Below the pieces are notes generated by a model that did not search any database, had not been told where the DNA came from, and was given only the letters and a program-made list of their open reading frames with translations. Shown in pieces: positions 9,917-20,093 of a stretch of DNA of 48,868 nucleotides; positions within the stretch are counted from its first letter, which is position 1, and each line of letters begins with the position of its first letter. This stretch comes from an uncultured Pseudomonadales bacterium (GTDB lineage: Bacteria; Patescibacteriota; Microgenomatia; UBA1400; PJMF01): the NCBI GenBank assembly GCA_964588685.1, contig CAZPQG010000001.1, forward strand, positions 76,869-125,736. The letters are read 5' to 3'. Position numbers and translations under genes: made by a program.

Positions 9917-9978
9917 AAATAAATTCGAGGAGCCTCAGCGTTTTGTCCATTATAAATGGACAGAATCTGCTCCCCTGT
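9917..9978 (-). repeat. Conserved hairpin-containing intergenic element, copy A
   Basis: The minus strand reads ACAGGGGAGCAG-ATTCTGTCC-loop-GGACAAAAC-GCTGAG-GCT-CCTC-GAATTTATTT. The same block structure occurs at 19982-20047. Confidence 0.6.
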
Positions 9979-10010
9979 CCCGCTCACTGGAAAAGATATT
10001 AAACCTCTTA

Positions 10011-10052
10011 TCTATCTTACTGTCTATCTTATTTGAGCTTCAATCTATCTTA
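10011..10052 (-). repeat. Three exact direct copies of the 9-mer TCTATCTTA (TAAGATAGA on the transcribed strand)
   Basis: Copies lie at 10011-10019, 10023-10031 and 10044-10052, directly after the ftsH stop and upstream of hairpin element copy A. Confidence 0.7.
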
Positions 10053-10060
10053 AACTCAAA

Positions 10061-12175
10061 TTAATCATTATCTTCATGCTTAATCTTTTCAAAACCCATG
10101 ATGCGCTCAAATTCTTCACTGTCTAAAGTTTCTATATCCAATAAGCGAGCTGCGACATCATCTAACTCTTGATTATATTCCTCTAATAATTCTTGACTCT
10201 TCTCTAAAGCTTGATCGATAATTTTTTGAATTTCGGAATCAACTTTTTCCTGCAGCTGATCAGAAATTTTATGAGGCTCACCCCACATTTTATTGTAATC
10301 TTTATTGTCATACTGAGGGCCAAAATTCATCGGACCTAAATCACTCATGCCGTATTCAATCACCATGGCACGAGCTATTTGAGTCACGCGTTCAATATCA
10401 CTGCTGGCGCCAATGGTTTGTTCATCAAATTTGATCAGTTCAGCCACACGACCGCCCAACATTTCAATAATTTTACCTTCTAATTCTGTTCTGGTAGTTT
10501 GTAATTTATCTCTTTCTGGCGGAGTGAAAGTATAGCCTAAAGCCTGTCCGCGTGACACAATGGAAATACGGTGAACCGGATCTGAAGCCGGCAGCACATG
10601 AGCTAAAACCGCATGGCCGGCCTCATGATAAGCTGTGATTTGTCGTTCTCGTTTATTTTGCAAACGTTTTTTACTCGGTCCCAATTTTACTTTCAAAGAA
10701 GCCTCTTCGATATCTTCCATTACAATTTCAGATCGCCCTTCTCTTGCAATTCTAATAGCTGCTTCGTTAAGCATATTTTCTAAATCTGCACCGGAAAAAC
10801 CAACCGTACTTTTAGCAATATTTTCAAAACTTAAATCAGAAGACAGCGGCTTACCTTTAACATGAATTTGGATAATATCTTTTCTTTCTTCTAAGTCAGG
10901 TAAATCAACCCTCACTCTCCGGTCAAAACGACCCGGTCTAACTAAAGCTGAATCCAGCAGTTCACCACGATTAGTAGCTGCCATTACAATGACATTATCG
11001 TTTGGTTCAAAGCCATCCATTTCTACTAAAATTTGATTCAAAGTTTGTTCACGCTCGTTATGACCTCCGGCATAACCCATGCCGCGCGACCGACCAATGG
11101 CATCAATTTCATCTATAAAAATAATGGACGGTGATAATTTTTTAGCAGTCTCAAATAAATCACGCACTCGAGAAGCTCCAACGCCAACCAGCATCTCCAT
11201 AAATTCAGAGCCGGCAATTGACATAAACTGTACATTGGCTTCACCAGCCACTGCTCGAGCCAGTAAAGTTTTACCGGTGCCGGAAGGCCCCACTAACAAC
11301 ACGCCCTTCGGAGTCCTAGCTCCTACCTTTAAATATTTTTTAGGATTCTTTAAAAAATCAACTACTTCTAGTAATTCTTTTTTAGCCTCTTCCATACCAC
11401 CAACATCTTCAAACTTAACATCCTGCTTGCCCTTAATAAAAACTTTAGCCTTGCTACGGCTAAAACCCAGTAAACCGTCTTGCGCCCCTCTTGCTTGCCG
11501 CATCACTAAAACAAAAATAACAATAATAACCACTAACGGCAGTAAGTTTAACACTAATTCCCAAAACATTTGCCCTAAGCTGACATCTTCAATCAACAAA
11601 TCAACTTCAGTAATATCCAGCCCGGCCGAATCTAAAACTGTTAAAGCTTCCTGGCCTGTTTCTTTAAGAGCTGTCTTGTGTTCTTCATCTTTGTAAAAAA
11701 CTCTTAACTCATCGCCTGCCACCCGAATTTTTTCAACCCTTTCTTCCCTGATGTCTTTCACTACTTGGCTGAGACTGATGGTTTCAACGCCGCTGGTCAG
11801 TAAAGAAAATAAAAAAGGCAAAAATAAGAACAGCAAGATAATGTAAACAAACCCTTTTTTAAAAATTTTGTTCAGATCTACTTTAAATTCAAATTCTTTA
11901 ACATACTTTTTATTTTTTTTGTTTGATTTTTGAGCTAAAGGATTGCGAGAAATTTTATTTTGGCCAATAGATTTCCTACCCCCGTCATTATCGGTTTTTT
12001 TTGCCTTTTGACTTCCGGACTGGTTCTCCTTATTAGCTTGAGCTTGCTTTTTTTTGCCGGCTGTAGACTGTTGTCCATTGGCAGCCTGATTATTGTTTGG
12101 CTTAATTATCTGCATTACCTTTTCTTTTAAGGTTTTCGTGTCTTGCTGCGGTGAAGGTGTTTTTTTATCTGTCAT
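10061..12175 (-). CDS. ftsH: ATP-dependent zinc metalloprotease FtsH with a long basic, low-complexity N-terminal extension
   Basis: Walker A GPSGTGKT, the AAA second region of homology, and the HEAGHA zinc motif. The first ~100 aa are Q/K/N-rich. Confidence 0.95.
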   Translation of the reverse strand: MTDKKTPSPQQDTKTLKEKVMQIIKPNNNQAANGQQSTAGKKKQAQANKENQSGSQKAKKTDNDGGRKSIGQNKISRNPLAQKSNKKNKKYVKEFEFKVDLNKIFKKGFVYIILLFLFLPFLFSLLTSGVETISLSQVVKDIREERVEKIRVAGDELRVFYKDEEHKTALKETGQEALTVLDSAGLDITEVDLLIEDVSLGQMFWELVLNLLPLVVIIVIFVLVMRQARGAQDGLLGFSRSKAKVFIKGKQDVKFEDVGGMEEAKKELLEVVDFLKNPKKYLKVGARTPKGVLLVGPSGTGKTLLARAVAGEANVQFMSIAGSEFMEMLVGVGASRVRDLFETAKKLSPSIIFIDEIDAIGRSRGMGYAGGHNEREQTLNQILVEMDGFEPNDNVIVMAATNRGELLDSALVRPGRFDRRVRVDLPDLEERKDIIQIHVKGKPLSSDLSFENIAKSTVGFSGADLENMLNEAAIRIAREGRSEIVMEDIEEASLKVKLGPSKKRLQNKRERQITAYHEAGHAVLAHVLPASDPVHRISIVSRGQALGYTFTPPERDKLQTTRTELEGKIIEMLGGRVAELIKFDEQTIGASSDIERVTQIARAMVIEYGMSDLGPMNFGPQYDNKDYNKMWGEPHKISDQLQEKVDSEIQKIIDQALEKSQELLEEYNQELDDVAARLLDIETLDSEEFERIMGFEKIKHEDND

Positions 12176-12531
12176 TAATTGAATTTTTATATTTCTATAT
12201 GGCTAAAAATAGTAAATTATTGAGGCAGCGCTAAGCCCATGAGGCTTAATGTTATTGTTTAATAAATTTTTATCTAATCTAATTTATCTCTATTTCTTAA
12301 TCCTTCCCATAATTTTTAAACAATATCCTATAAATTCTAATCAATAAAGATCTTTGTTCATATGTTTATTAAAGAGAACTATTCATTTTAACACATTAAG
12401 TTTTACGATTATTAATAATGGACATATTAACAACACCCGGCACTATTAATAATGACCATAATATGAATAATAAATATCAATGAGCAATAACCGCTAATAA
12501 TAAGAGCTATCAAAACAGTTATTCAAAACAG

Positions 12532-13617
12532 TTATAAGGGCAAGCGCAAACCTAAACCCATTAAATCTTTAGTTTCCTGCAATGTTTCTTGCGCTATAAC
12601 TTTTGCTTTTTTCGCACCCTGCATAACAATTTCTTCAATGTAGTCAGGTTGCTGCGATAATTCTTTTCTTCGTTTTTGAATTGGTTCTAACTCTTCAAAA
12701 ATAGCTTGAGCTAATTCTTCTTTAAGCCCACTGTAGGAAATCCCCCCAGATTGATAAGCCTTTTCATAAGCCTCAACTTTTTCTTCTCCTTCAAATAATC
12801 GCACCAACTGCAGTAAGCTGGAAACCCCCGGCGACGTCTCTTCTGTCTTGTGATCTAAATATTGCTTGTGCTGGATACTGGTTTTGGCAGTCTTTTTGGC
12901 AGGCAATTCTTTAATTGTGCCTATCCCGCTGTCTGTTGGCACCTTGGCTAATTTTTGTTTAATAGCAGCTAAATCATCAACTAAATTAATGTAGCTGCCT
13001 TCAATCGATTTACTCATCTTTCCCTCACCGGTTAGTGAAGGAATATATTCACCAGGCGTTACAAACCTCTGTGGTTCAGGAAAATTAGTCTCAAACTGCT
13101 GGTTCATCTTACGAGCAATTTCCCGGGCAACCTCTAAATGAGGTTCTTGGTCAATACCTACCGGTACTAGCTCAGCCTTATAAATAAGAATATCAGCTGC
13201 CATTAAAATTGGATAGTTCAGCAAAGCAGTGGTGACATTTTGAGGATATTGAGCTGCTTTTTCTTTAAAAGTTGGTAAATGCTGCATTCTTGCCACAGTC
13301 ATAACTGAAGAAAATAAAAAGGCCAAATAGGTATGTTGAGGCACTAAAGATTGAGCCGTAATAATTGCTTTTTCAGGATCAAGCCCGGCAGCCAAATAAT
13401 CTAGAATGATGGCTTGAGTTGCTTTGGGCAATTGCTGTGCGTCAAAAGGAGTAGTAATAGTGTGCAAATCCATAACCATATAGATACAATCGTAATCAGA
13501 CTCTTCCTGCAGTTGGATATAACCTTTAACGGCCCCTAAATAATTTCCTAAGTGAAGACGCCCGGTAGCACGGGTGCCTGAAAATACGCATTTAGTTTGA
13601 GAGCTTGCGTTAGACAT
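12532..13617 (-). CDS. trpS: Tryptophan--tRNA ligase
   Basis: Class I signature GRLHLGNYLGA (HIGH-type) and KMSKS, with a TrpRS-like N-terminus. Confidence 0.85.
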   Translation of the reverse strand: MSNASSQTKCVFSGTRATGRLHLGNYLGAVKGYIQLQEESDYDCIYMVMDLHTITTPFDAQQLPKATQAIILDYLAAGLDPEKAIITAQSLVPQHTYLAFLFSSVMTVARMQHLPTFKEKAAQYPQNVTTALLNYPILMAADILIYKAELVPVGIDQEPHLEVAREIARKMNQQFETNFPEPQRFVTPGEYIPSLTGEGKMSKSIEGSYINLVDDLAAIKQKLAKVPTDSGIGTIKELPAKKTAKTSIQHKQYLDHKTEETSPGVSSLLQLVRLFEGEEKVEAYEKAYQSGGISYSGLKEELAQAIFEELEPIQKRRKELSQQPDYIEEIVMQGAKKAKVIAQETLQETKDLMGLGLRLPL

Positions 13618-13718
13618 AAAAGAACAATATTTAATTATTTCACACTTAAGTATCTAGCATTTAGAACAAGTTAGCAAGAACTAGCAACTAAATCAAGGAA
13701 AGTAGTCACTTAACTTTT

Positions 13719-14588
13719 TTATAATTCTTCAATTTCTACTTCCGGAGACATTTCTTCGCGGTCTTCAATTAGCTTGAGATACTTTTCGGTGGTAGTAATA
13801 CGCTTGTGGCCGACTAATTGCGAGACGTACACTAATGGAGTGCCTGCTTTTAATTGTTCAACAATAAAAGTATTACGTAAGTCATTGACAATAGCATCTT
13901 TAATACCGGCTAATTTAAAATGACGATTGATAGCTGCTCTTATATTTCTTACCAAAAAAGGGCGGCAGGTTTTTGTTAAAAAGATGTGTTTTTCTTTAGC
14001 TTTTGGTCTTACTTTCAAATAATTCATTAACGCTTGCTTTGCAGGTTTATTTAAAGGAACTTTGCGGCCGTCTCTGCTTTTATAAGCTCGGATATGAATC
14101 ACTTCTCTTTCCAAATCTACATCATTCATTTTTAAATTAGCTAGTTCACTAATACGCATGCCCGTTTGCAGCAGCAACTCTACAATGGCAAAAATTCTAG
14201 CATCAGAACGACAAGCATCGCGCAAAGCGCGATATTCCATTTTAGATAAAAAACGTGGTGCTTTTTGCTTAAGTTTAGGATGAGAAATTTCTTGGGCCGG
14301 ATTTTTATTCAACAGTTCTTTATTCTCTAAAAACCTAAAAAAAGATTTTATTGAATTAATCTTGCGTGAAATTGATTTATTGGCATAACGCCGCTTTTTA
14401 AGCAATTCTTTAAACTGATTAATGTCTTCATGAGTTACTTCTTCTACTGTATCTTTACCCTGATCTTGAGCATAATCGGCCAATTGCTCTAAATCTTTAA
14501 CATAAGCGATAATAGTAGCCTCCGCTTTCCCGTCAGATTCCAAATATTCTTGATATTGTTCTTGCGCTTCAGTTAAAGTGAGAGACAT
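13719..14588 (-). CDS. Tyrosine recombinase, XerC/XerD-like
   Basis: 289 aa. N-terminal SAM-like core-binding domain, then catalytic TGMRISEL (Arg) and LVGHKRITTTEKY (His-x-x-Arg...Tyr). Confidence 0.8.
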   Translation of the reverse strand: MSLTLTEAQEQYQEYLESDGKAEATIIAYVKDLEQLADYAQDQGKDTVEEVTHEDINQFKELLKKRRYANKSISRKINSIKSFFRFLENKELLNKNPAQEISHPKLKQKAPRFLSKMEYRALRDACRSDARIFAIVELLLQTGMRISELANLKMNDVDLEREVIHIRAYKSRDGRKVPLNKPAKQALMNYLKVRPKAKEKHIFLTKTCRPFLVRNIRAAINRHFKLAGIKDAIVNDLRNTFIVEQLKAGTPLVYVSQLVGHKRITTTEKYLKLIEDREEMSPEVEIEEL

Positions 14589-15016
14589 TCTTACTCCTTT
14601 TATTTTCTTATTAATTATTAATGTTTATATTTTATTATTTTAAGTAATAAGCTTAATTATTGATAAAAATAATTTAAATTTAAGGCTATGCTTCAAGATA
14701 GCAATAGTTATTGTGACGCTATTTTGATATGCTTTAAATGTTATCAATAATTTTAAAAAGCTTATAAATTTTTTTGGCTGATAGATTTGTGAGCTAACAC
14801 TTTAGCCGGTAATTTTTTTATAAAATTTACAAATTTTACAATTATTTCTATAATTCTTATAGTATTTACTTATAAGTTTATTTTTACAAAACTTATAATA
14901 ACACAAAATGTAAAATTTTCTAGGACAGTTTATTAAAAAATTTACCAAACGTATTTTAAAAAATTCAAAAAAATACTATCAGAAAATGCTAAGAGTGTTC
15001 AATTAAATGAAATTTA

Positions 15017-15373
15017 ATGAAAAAAATATTATATCATCCTCTGACCATTTTTATAACAAGTTTAATTGTTCTTTTTTCAATTATTAGCCTTCGCAGCAAT
15101 TTGCTGCGAAGGCTATCTCTTTCTCAAGATAATCTCAAAAGTATTCAGGAAAGATATAAGCAGTTAAAAACCTCAATTGCTGAAGAGCAACCTAAACTGG
15201 AAGAGGTAGAAAATTCCTTAACCAAAGAAAGACTTAAGAGAGATGCACTGTTAACACAAAAAGAGAAGGAAATTGCAATTAAACTACCGGAGATAATTAT
15301 TGAAGAAGATGAGTCTCAAATAAAAAATGACCAAAACACTTTTGAAAAATGGGTGGAAATTATTTGGTATTAA
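15017..15373 (+). CDS. Small membrane-anchored coiled-coil protein (possibly FtsB/DivIC-like)
   Basis: One N-terminal TM helix followed by heptad-like charged sequence. The assignment rests on architecture only. Confidence 0.3.
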   Translation: MKKILYHPLTIFITSLIVLFSIISLRSNLLRRLSLSQDNLKSIQERYKQLKTSIAEEQPKLEEVENSLTKERLKRDALLTQKEKEIAIKLPEIIIEEDESQIKNDQNTFEKWVEIIWY

Positions 15374-15384
15374 ATTTGATATTG

Positions 15385-15453
15385 TTGCGGGACTAGGAGT
15401 CGAACCTAGCCTGCGAGATTATGAGCCTCGCGTGCACCGTACACTATCCCGCG
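15385..15453 (-). tRNA. tRNA-Met (anticodon CAT), probable initiator tRNA-fMet; CCA not encoded
   Basis: The minus strand reads CGCGGGATAGTGTACGGTGCACGCGAGGCTCATAATCTCGCAGGCTAGGTTCGACTCCTAGTCCCGCAA. It has a C1:A72 mismatch, CGCGGG.../...CCCGCAA ends like bacterial tRNA-fMet, a CTCATAA loop and a TTCGA T-loop. The D loop is unusually short. Confidence 0.85.
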
Positions 15454-15615
15454 TCGTTTCTTTAAAATTCTATCTTAAGAGCAAAATTTTATAAACAATT
15501 AATATTATTTAAATATCAAGTATTCACTCATTAAGAACACTTATTATATAATATATTATCTGCTATAATCAAGTGCGCTCAACTTTTAAATATCAACATA
15601 TAAAACAATAAAAAA

Positions 15616-15689
15616 GGCAGGGTAGCTCAGTTGGTTAGAGCGTCGGATTCATAAGCCGAAGGCCGTGAGTTCAATTCTCACCCCTGCTA
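15616..15689 (+). tRNA. tRNA with CAT anticodon (elongator Met or lysidine-dependent Ile2)
   Basis: GGCAGGGTAGCTCAGTTGGTTAGAGCGTCGGATTCATAAGCCGAAGGCCGTGAGTTCAATTCTCACCCCTGCTA. It forms a cloverleaf with a TAGCTCAGTTGGTTAGAGC D arm, a TTCATAA loop and a GTGAG/CTCAC T stem. Confidence 0.85.
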
Positions 15690-15741
15690 CTATTTTTGCC
15701 TTAAAAAGAATGTATCCTAGCTGAAGCCCTTATCCAAGTCC

Positions 15742-17076
15742 TTATTCAATAAAAGAATTGACATTCTGCCAAAAAATATTAACTCCTTGATCATTGATTT
15801 CTCGCCTGTCTACCTTAAAAGCCGGCTGAAATTTAAGCATTTTTAAAAAAATTTGTTCTTCATATAACCACTGGATAAAATTTGCTGCTTTAATAGGATT
15901 TTGAGGTAATTGCAGCCCCCGCCAGTAACGTGCTTTTTCTTTCATCGCTTCCGGCATTGGCTTGTTTGCAGCAAATAAATCAAATATCTCTTTCTGTGTC
16001 TCTTGATCCGGCAGCAAATCATGAGTTTGTAAAAATTTTAAATTCTCTACTTCTCGCTGACAAGCAGGTTCGCAAAATAATAAAATTGAGCCTCCACGCT
16101 GCACTGGATCTAATAAAGCTTTGAAAGCTTGTTCGGTCGGATTAGTTACTTCCAAGGAAATAACTTCATATTTATGTAAGCGCAAATAATCAATTACCAC
16201 TTGCTGACCTGTCTTGCCCGGATAAATTTGCACTGAATCTTTATTGATTAAGCTGTAGATAAAATTTTTAGTGTAATTAGAAAACTTTGAAACTAAAAAA
16301 AATTGATAATTAGAAGGAGAATTAAGCAAATAATTAATCAGCTTGGAAAAAAAATCCAAATTAACTGCTGCCCCGGGAACAGGGACCGACACATTAATTT
16401 TAAATTTAGCTTCTGGATTAACTTGAAGTCGCTTAGAAGCAAATTCAGCTGAAGTTAAATTTTGGACCAGTAAAGGATTTAAAGGATAAGGCAAAACTTT
16501 AATTTTTGGGATACGCTTAAATTTTTCCAGCTTGTGTCGGCTAGCATATTTTTCCAGCTTTAATTTTGTCTCATTATCAGGCGCTACTATCAAATCTGCC
16601 CCTAATACCAACCAAATAAGTCGAGGAGCCGCATCAGTCATCTGGACTACCAAAAATAAATCAATATCATATTCCTCTTTAATTTTTTTCTTAACTACAG
16701 CCAGCTGATGTGCTAAGGCAAAATGCGAAGAAATTATTAATAGTTTTTCTGGTTTTTCCAAATATTGATTCAATAAAATAGATATCTGCTCATATAATCT
16801 GTTGGTGCGCATGCGCAGCCACTTGCGATAAAATTTGGTAAAAAAATATTGAAGAAAACCTTGCTGAAGCCAGTCTATAAACTTTCTTAAGAGGAAATTA
16901 TGACCTGCCATTCGATGCAAGCGACTAATTCGTTTATCATGTGATCCAAAAATCAAAGAGTCAATATCTTTTGGTCTTGATGTATATAATGCATCAGTCA
17001 CTCTAAGCTGGCCGACACCTGCTGGAGCATAGGTAAAAATAATTAAAGATTTATCTCTTTTTTCATCTGAAGCCAT
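15742..17076 (-). CDS. Hypothetical protein, distantly GT-B/GT28-like (MGDG synthase/UgtP-type)
   Basis: The N-terminus LIIFTYAPAGVGQLRVTDAL resembles the G-x-G-H region of UgtP/MGDG synthases (with His replaced by Gln). The C-terminus TNPTEQAF...CQREVENLKFL resembles TKPGG...GQEEGNA. The similarity is weak. Confidence 0.3.
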   Translation of the reverse strand: MASDEKRDKSLIIFTYAPAGVGQLRVTDALYTSRPKDIDSLIFGSHDKRISRLHRMAGHNFLLRKFIDWLQQGFLQYFFTKFYRKWLRMRTNRLYEQISILLNQYLEKPEKLLIISSHFALAHQLAVVKKKIKEEYDIDLFLVVQMTDAAPRLIWLVLGADLIVAPDNETKLKLEKYASRHKLEKFKRIPKIKVLPYPLNPLLVQNLTSAEFASKRLQVNPEAKFKINVSVPVPGAAVNLDFFSKLINYLLNSPSNYQFFLVSKFSNYTKNFIYSLINKDSVQIYPGKTGQQVVIDYLRLHKYEVISLEVTNPTEQAFKALLDPVQRGGSILLFCEPACQREVENLKFLQTHDLLPDQETQKEIFDLFAANKPMPEAMKEKARYWRGLQLPQNPIKAANFIQWLYEEQIFLKMLKFQPAFKVDRREINDQGVNIFWQNVNSFIE

Positions 17077-17155
17077 ACTTCCAGTATATAAATTTACGAA
17101 GCAAAATTCAAAAGAAAATGTGCGGTACTATTCGGCGGCAACTTTTTATAATTAA

Positions 17156-17183
17156 AAACAGGCGGATTTTAATCCGCCTGTTT
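17156..17183 (-). terminator. Intrinsic terminator downstream of groEL
   Basis: Perfect 13-bp inverted repeat AAACAGGCGGATT/AATCCGCCTGTTT. On the minus strand it is followed by TTTTTAATTAT, about 30 nt after the groEL stop. Confidence 0.8.
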
Positions 17184-17213
17184 GAAACTTTCTTTAAGTC
17201 TAGCTTCATGCAT

Positions 17214-18875
<1,662 letters not shown>

Positions 18876-19014
18876 TTAATACCTTATAATATTTAATATT
18901 AATAGTTAATTAATAACTCAAATAATTCTTAATTCATCAACTTAATTTATTCATCAACAATAAATTGCACTCTAACTTGCCCGCTGCGATCTAACTTATC
19001 CGTCTAATTTAAAC

Positions 19015-19326
19015 TTATGATTTATTAACCTTAGCCAGAATATCGTCAAATTTCAAAAATTGATATTCTACGTCATCAATCTTAAAGTCGTTTCCGCCCC
19101 ATTTTTTGTAAATCACCATATCACCTTTTTTAACAGGGCATTTAATCTCTTTCGCTCCGCTTTCCCAAATTGAACCACCGCAAGCTAATACTTTCCCCTG
19201 CTGAGGTTTTTCTTCTTCAGATTCCGGGAGATAAATACCCGACTCTGTTTTTGTTTCCACTTGTATCGGTTCTACTAAAACATAACCATTGTTCGGTTTA
19301 AGTTTAGAGGGTTTAATAGATTTCAT
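19015..19326 (-). CDS. groES: Co-chaperonin GroES (Cpn10)
   Basis: 103 aa. Contains LKP..GYVLVEP and GKVLACG, and lies upstream of groEL. Confidence 0.9.
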   Translation of the reverse strand: MKSIKPSKLKPNNGYVLVEPIQVETKTESGIYLPESEEEKPQQGKVLACGGSIWESGAKEIKCPVKKGDMVIYKKWGGNDFKIDDVEYQFLKFDDILAKVNKS

Positions 19327-19436
19327 TACAACTACCTTTCAAGATAAATAATTAATAAATTTAAAAGATATTAAAGCAAAAAATTCAAAAGTTTTCATAG
19401 AAGTCTATACGATAAACTTTAAGCTTTTGAATTTTT

Positions 19437-19463
19437 CTAGCAATTATAGTAACCAACTGCTAA
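19437..19463 (-). promoter_or_regulatory. CIRCE-like HrcA operator upstream of groES
   Basis: CTAGCAATT-N9-AACTGCTAA, with TAGCA/TGCTA arms spaced as in CIRCE. It lies about 110 nt upstream of groES. Confidence 0.6.
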
Positions 19464-19474
19464 AAAATTGTCAA
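19443..19474 (-). promoter_or_regulatory. Sigma-70-type promoter of groES-groEL
   Basis: The minus strand reads TTGACA-N17-TACTAT, overlapping a TATAAT 3 nt further on. The -35 abuts the CIRCE-like element, as at hrcA. Confidence 0.5.
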
Positions 19475-19507
19475 TAAGGATTTGAGGGCAGTTTTATAAA
19501 TCTTTCT

Positions 19508-19888
19508 TTAATTACATTCTTTCTGTTTAGAACCAGTCATCTGTTGCAAAACTGCTAAAGCTCTCTTAATATCTTCCATTAATTTCATGGATAAATCTAT
19601 CGTTTCATCATCAAGCTGAATACCGTCTAAAACTAGAATGGAGTCATCTAACAACTCATCCATTAACTCACGAATAAAATCTCTATTACGGATCATTTGC
19701 AAAGTTTCTTGATTTTGAGCAGTCAGTATTATTTTATCTAAAGCAGCAGTAATCTGTTTTATGCGCCGCGAATGAACATATAAATCAAATTTTGTTTCTT
19801 TGCCGAAATCATAATTATCCAATTTTGAATCGATAAGCTCATCAGAGTCAAATTTTAAAACCGGACTAAGCTTTGATTTTATTTTCAT
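19508..19888 (-). CDS. Hypothetical acidic helical protein (126 aa)
   Basis: ORF with coding-like composition and no recognisable family. Confidence 0.4.
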   Translation of the reverse strand: MKIKSKLSPVLKFDSDELIDSKLDNYDFGKETKFDLYVHSRRIKQITAALDKIILTAQNQETLQMIRNRDFIRELMDELLDDSILVLDGIQLDDETIDLSMKLMEDIKRALAVLQQMTGSKQKECN

Positions 19889-19981
19889 TGGTAGCTAAAT
19901 TATAACAGGATTGTATTGAGTATCTAGTGTTCATCTTTGAGCCTAAATTTTATAATAATTAATTTAATTATATTCCTAGTC

Positions 19982-20047
19982 ACAGGGGAGCAGGCTTTGT
20001 CTCCAGCTGCAGACAAAGCGCTGAGAACCCTCCCTCAGAATTTATTT
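19982..20047 (+). repeat. Conserved hairpin-containing intergenic element, copy B
   Basis: ACAGGGGAGCAG-GCTTTGTCT-CCAGCTGC-AGACAAAGC-GCTGAG-AAC-CCTC-CCTCA-GAATTTATTT. The inner stem is a perfect 9 bp. Confidence 0.6.
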
Positions 20048-20060
20048 ATTGTCAAGAATT

Positions 20061-20093
20061 AAATGAGCTTACCAGCCAAATGAGCTTACCAGC
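20061..20093 (+). repeat. Tandem duplication of AAATGAGCTTACCAGC (17-nt period, 2 copies)
   Basis: AAATGAGCTTACCAGC occurs at 20061-20076 and again at 20078-20093, separated by a single C. Confidence 0.8.

Noticed and set aside
11079-11696. 205-aa ORF antisense to ftsH (likewise 10635-10865)
   Set aside because: It is embedded opposite the AAA domain of FtsH. The low-complexity S/T/P-rich translation is a shadow ORF.
12404-12450. Direct repeat TATTAATAATG(G/A)(A/C)CATA, two copies in the trpS-ftsH spacer
   Set aside because: It is short and almost pure A/T, there are only two copies, and nothing else supports it.
14870-14898. Perfect 10-bp inverted repeat TTATAAGTTT-N9-AAACTTATAA in the 428-nt spacer between the recombinase gene and the 15017 gene
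   Set aside because: It is composed almost entirely of A/T in a very AT-rich spacer that also holds several TTTACAA-like words. Such palindromes are expected by chance, so no operator is claimed.
13719-15689. Tyrosine recombinase next to two tRNA genes as a possible integrated element or genomic island
   Set aside because: Flanking genes on both sides are core housekeeping genes (trpS, ftsH, groESL). I found no direct repeat of a tRNA 3' end that would mark an att site. The recombinase looks like a chromosomal Xer-type enzyme.
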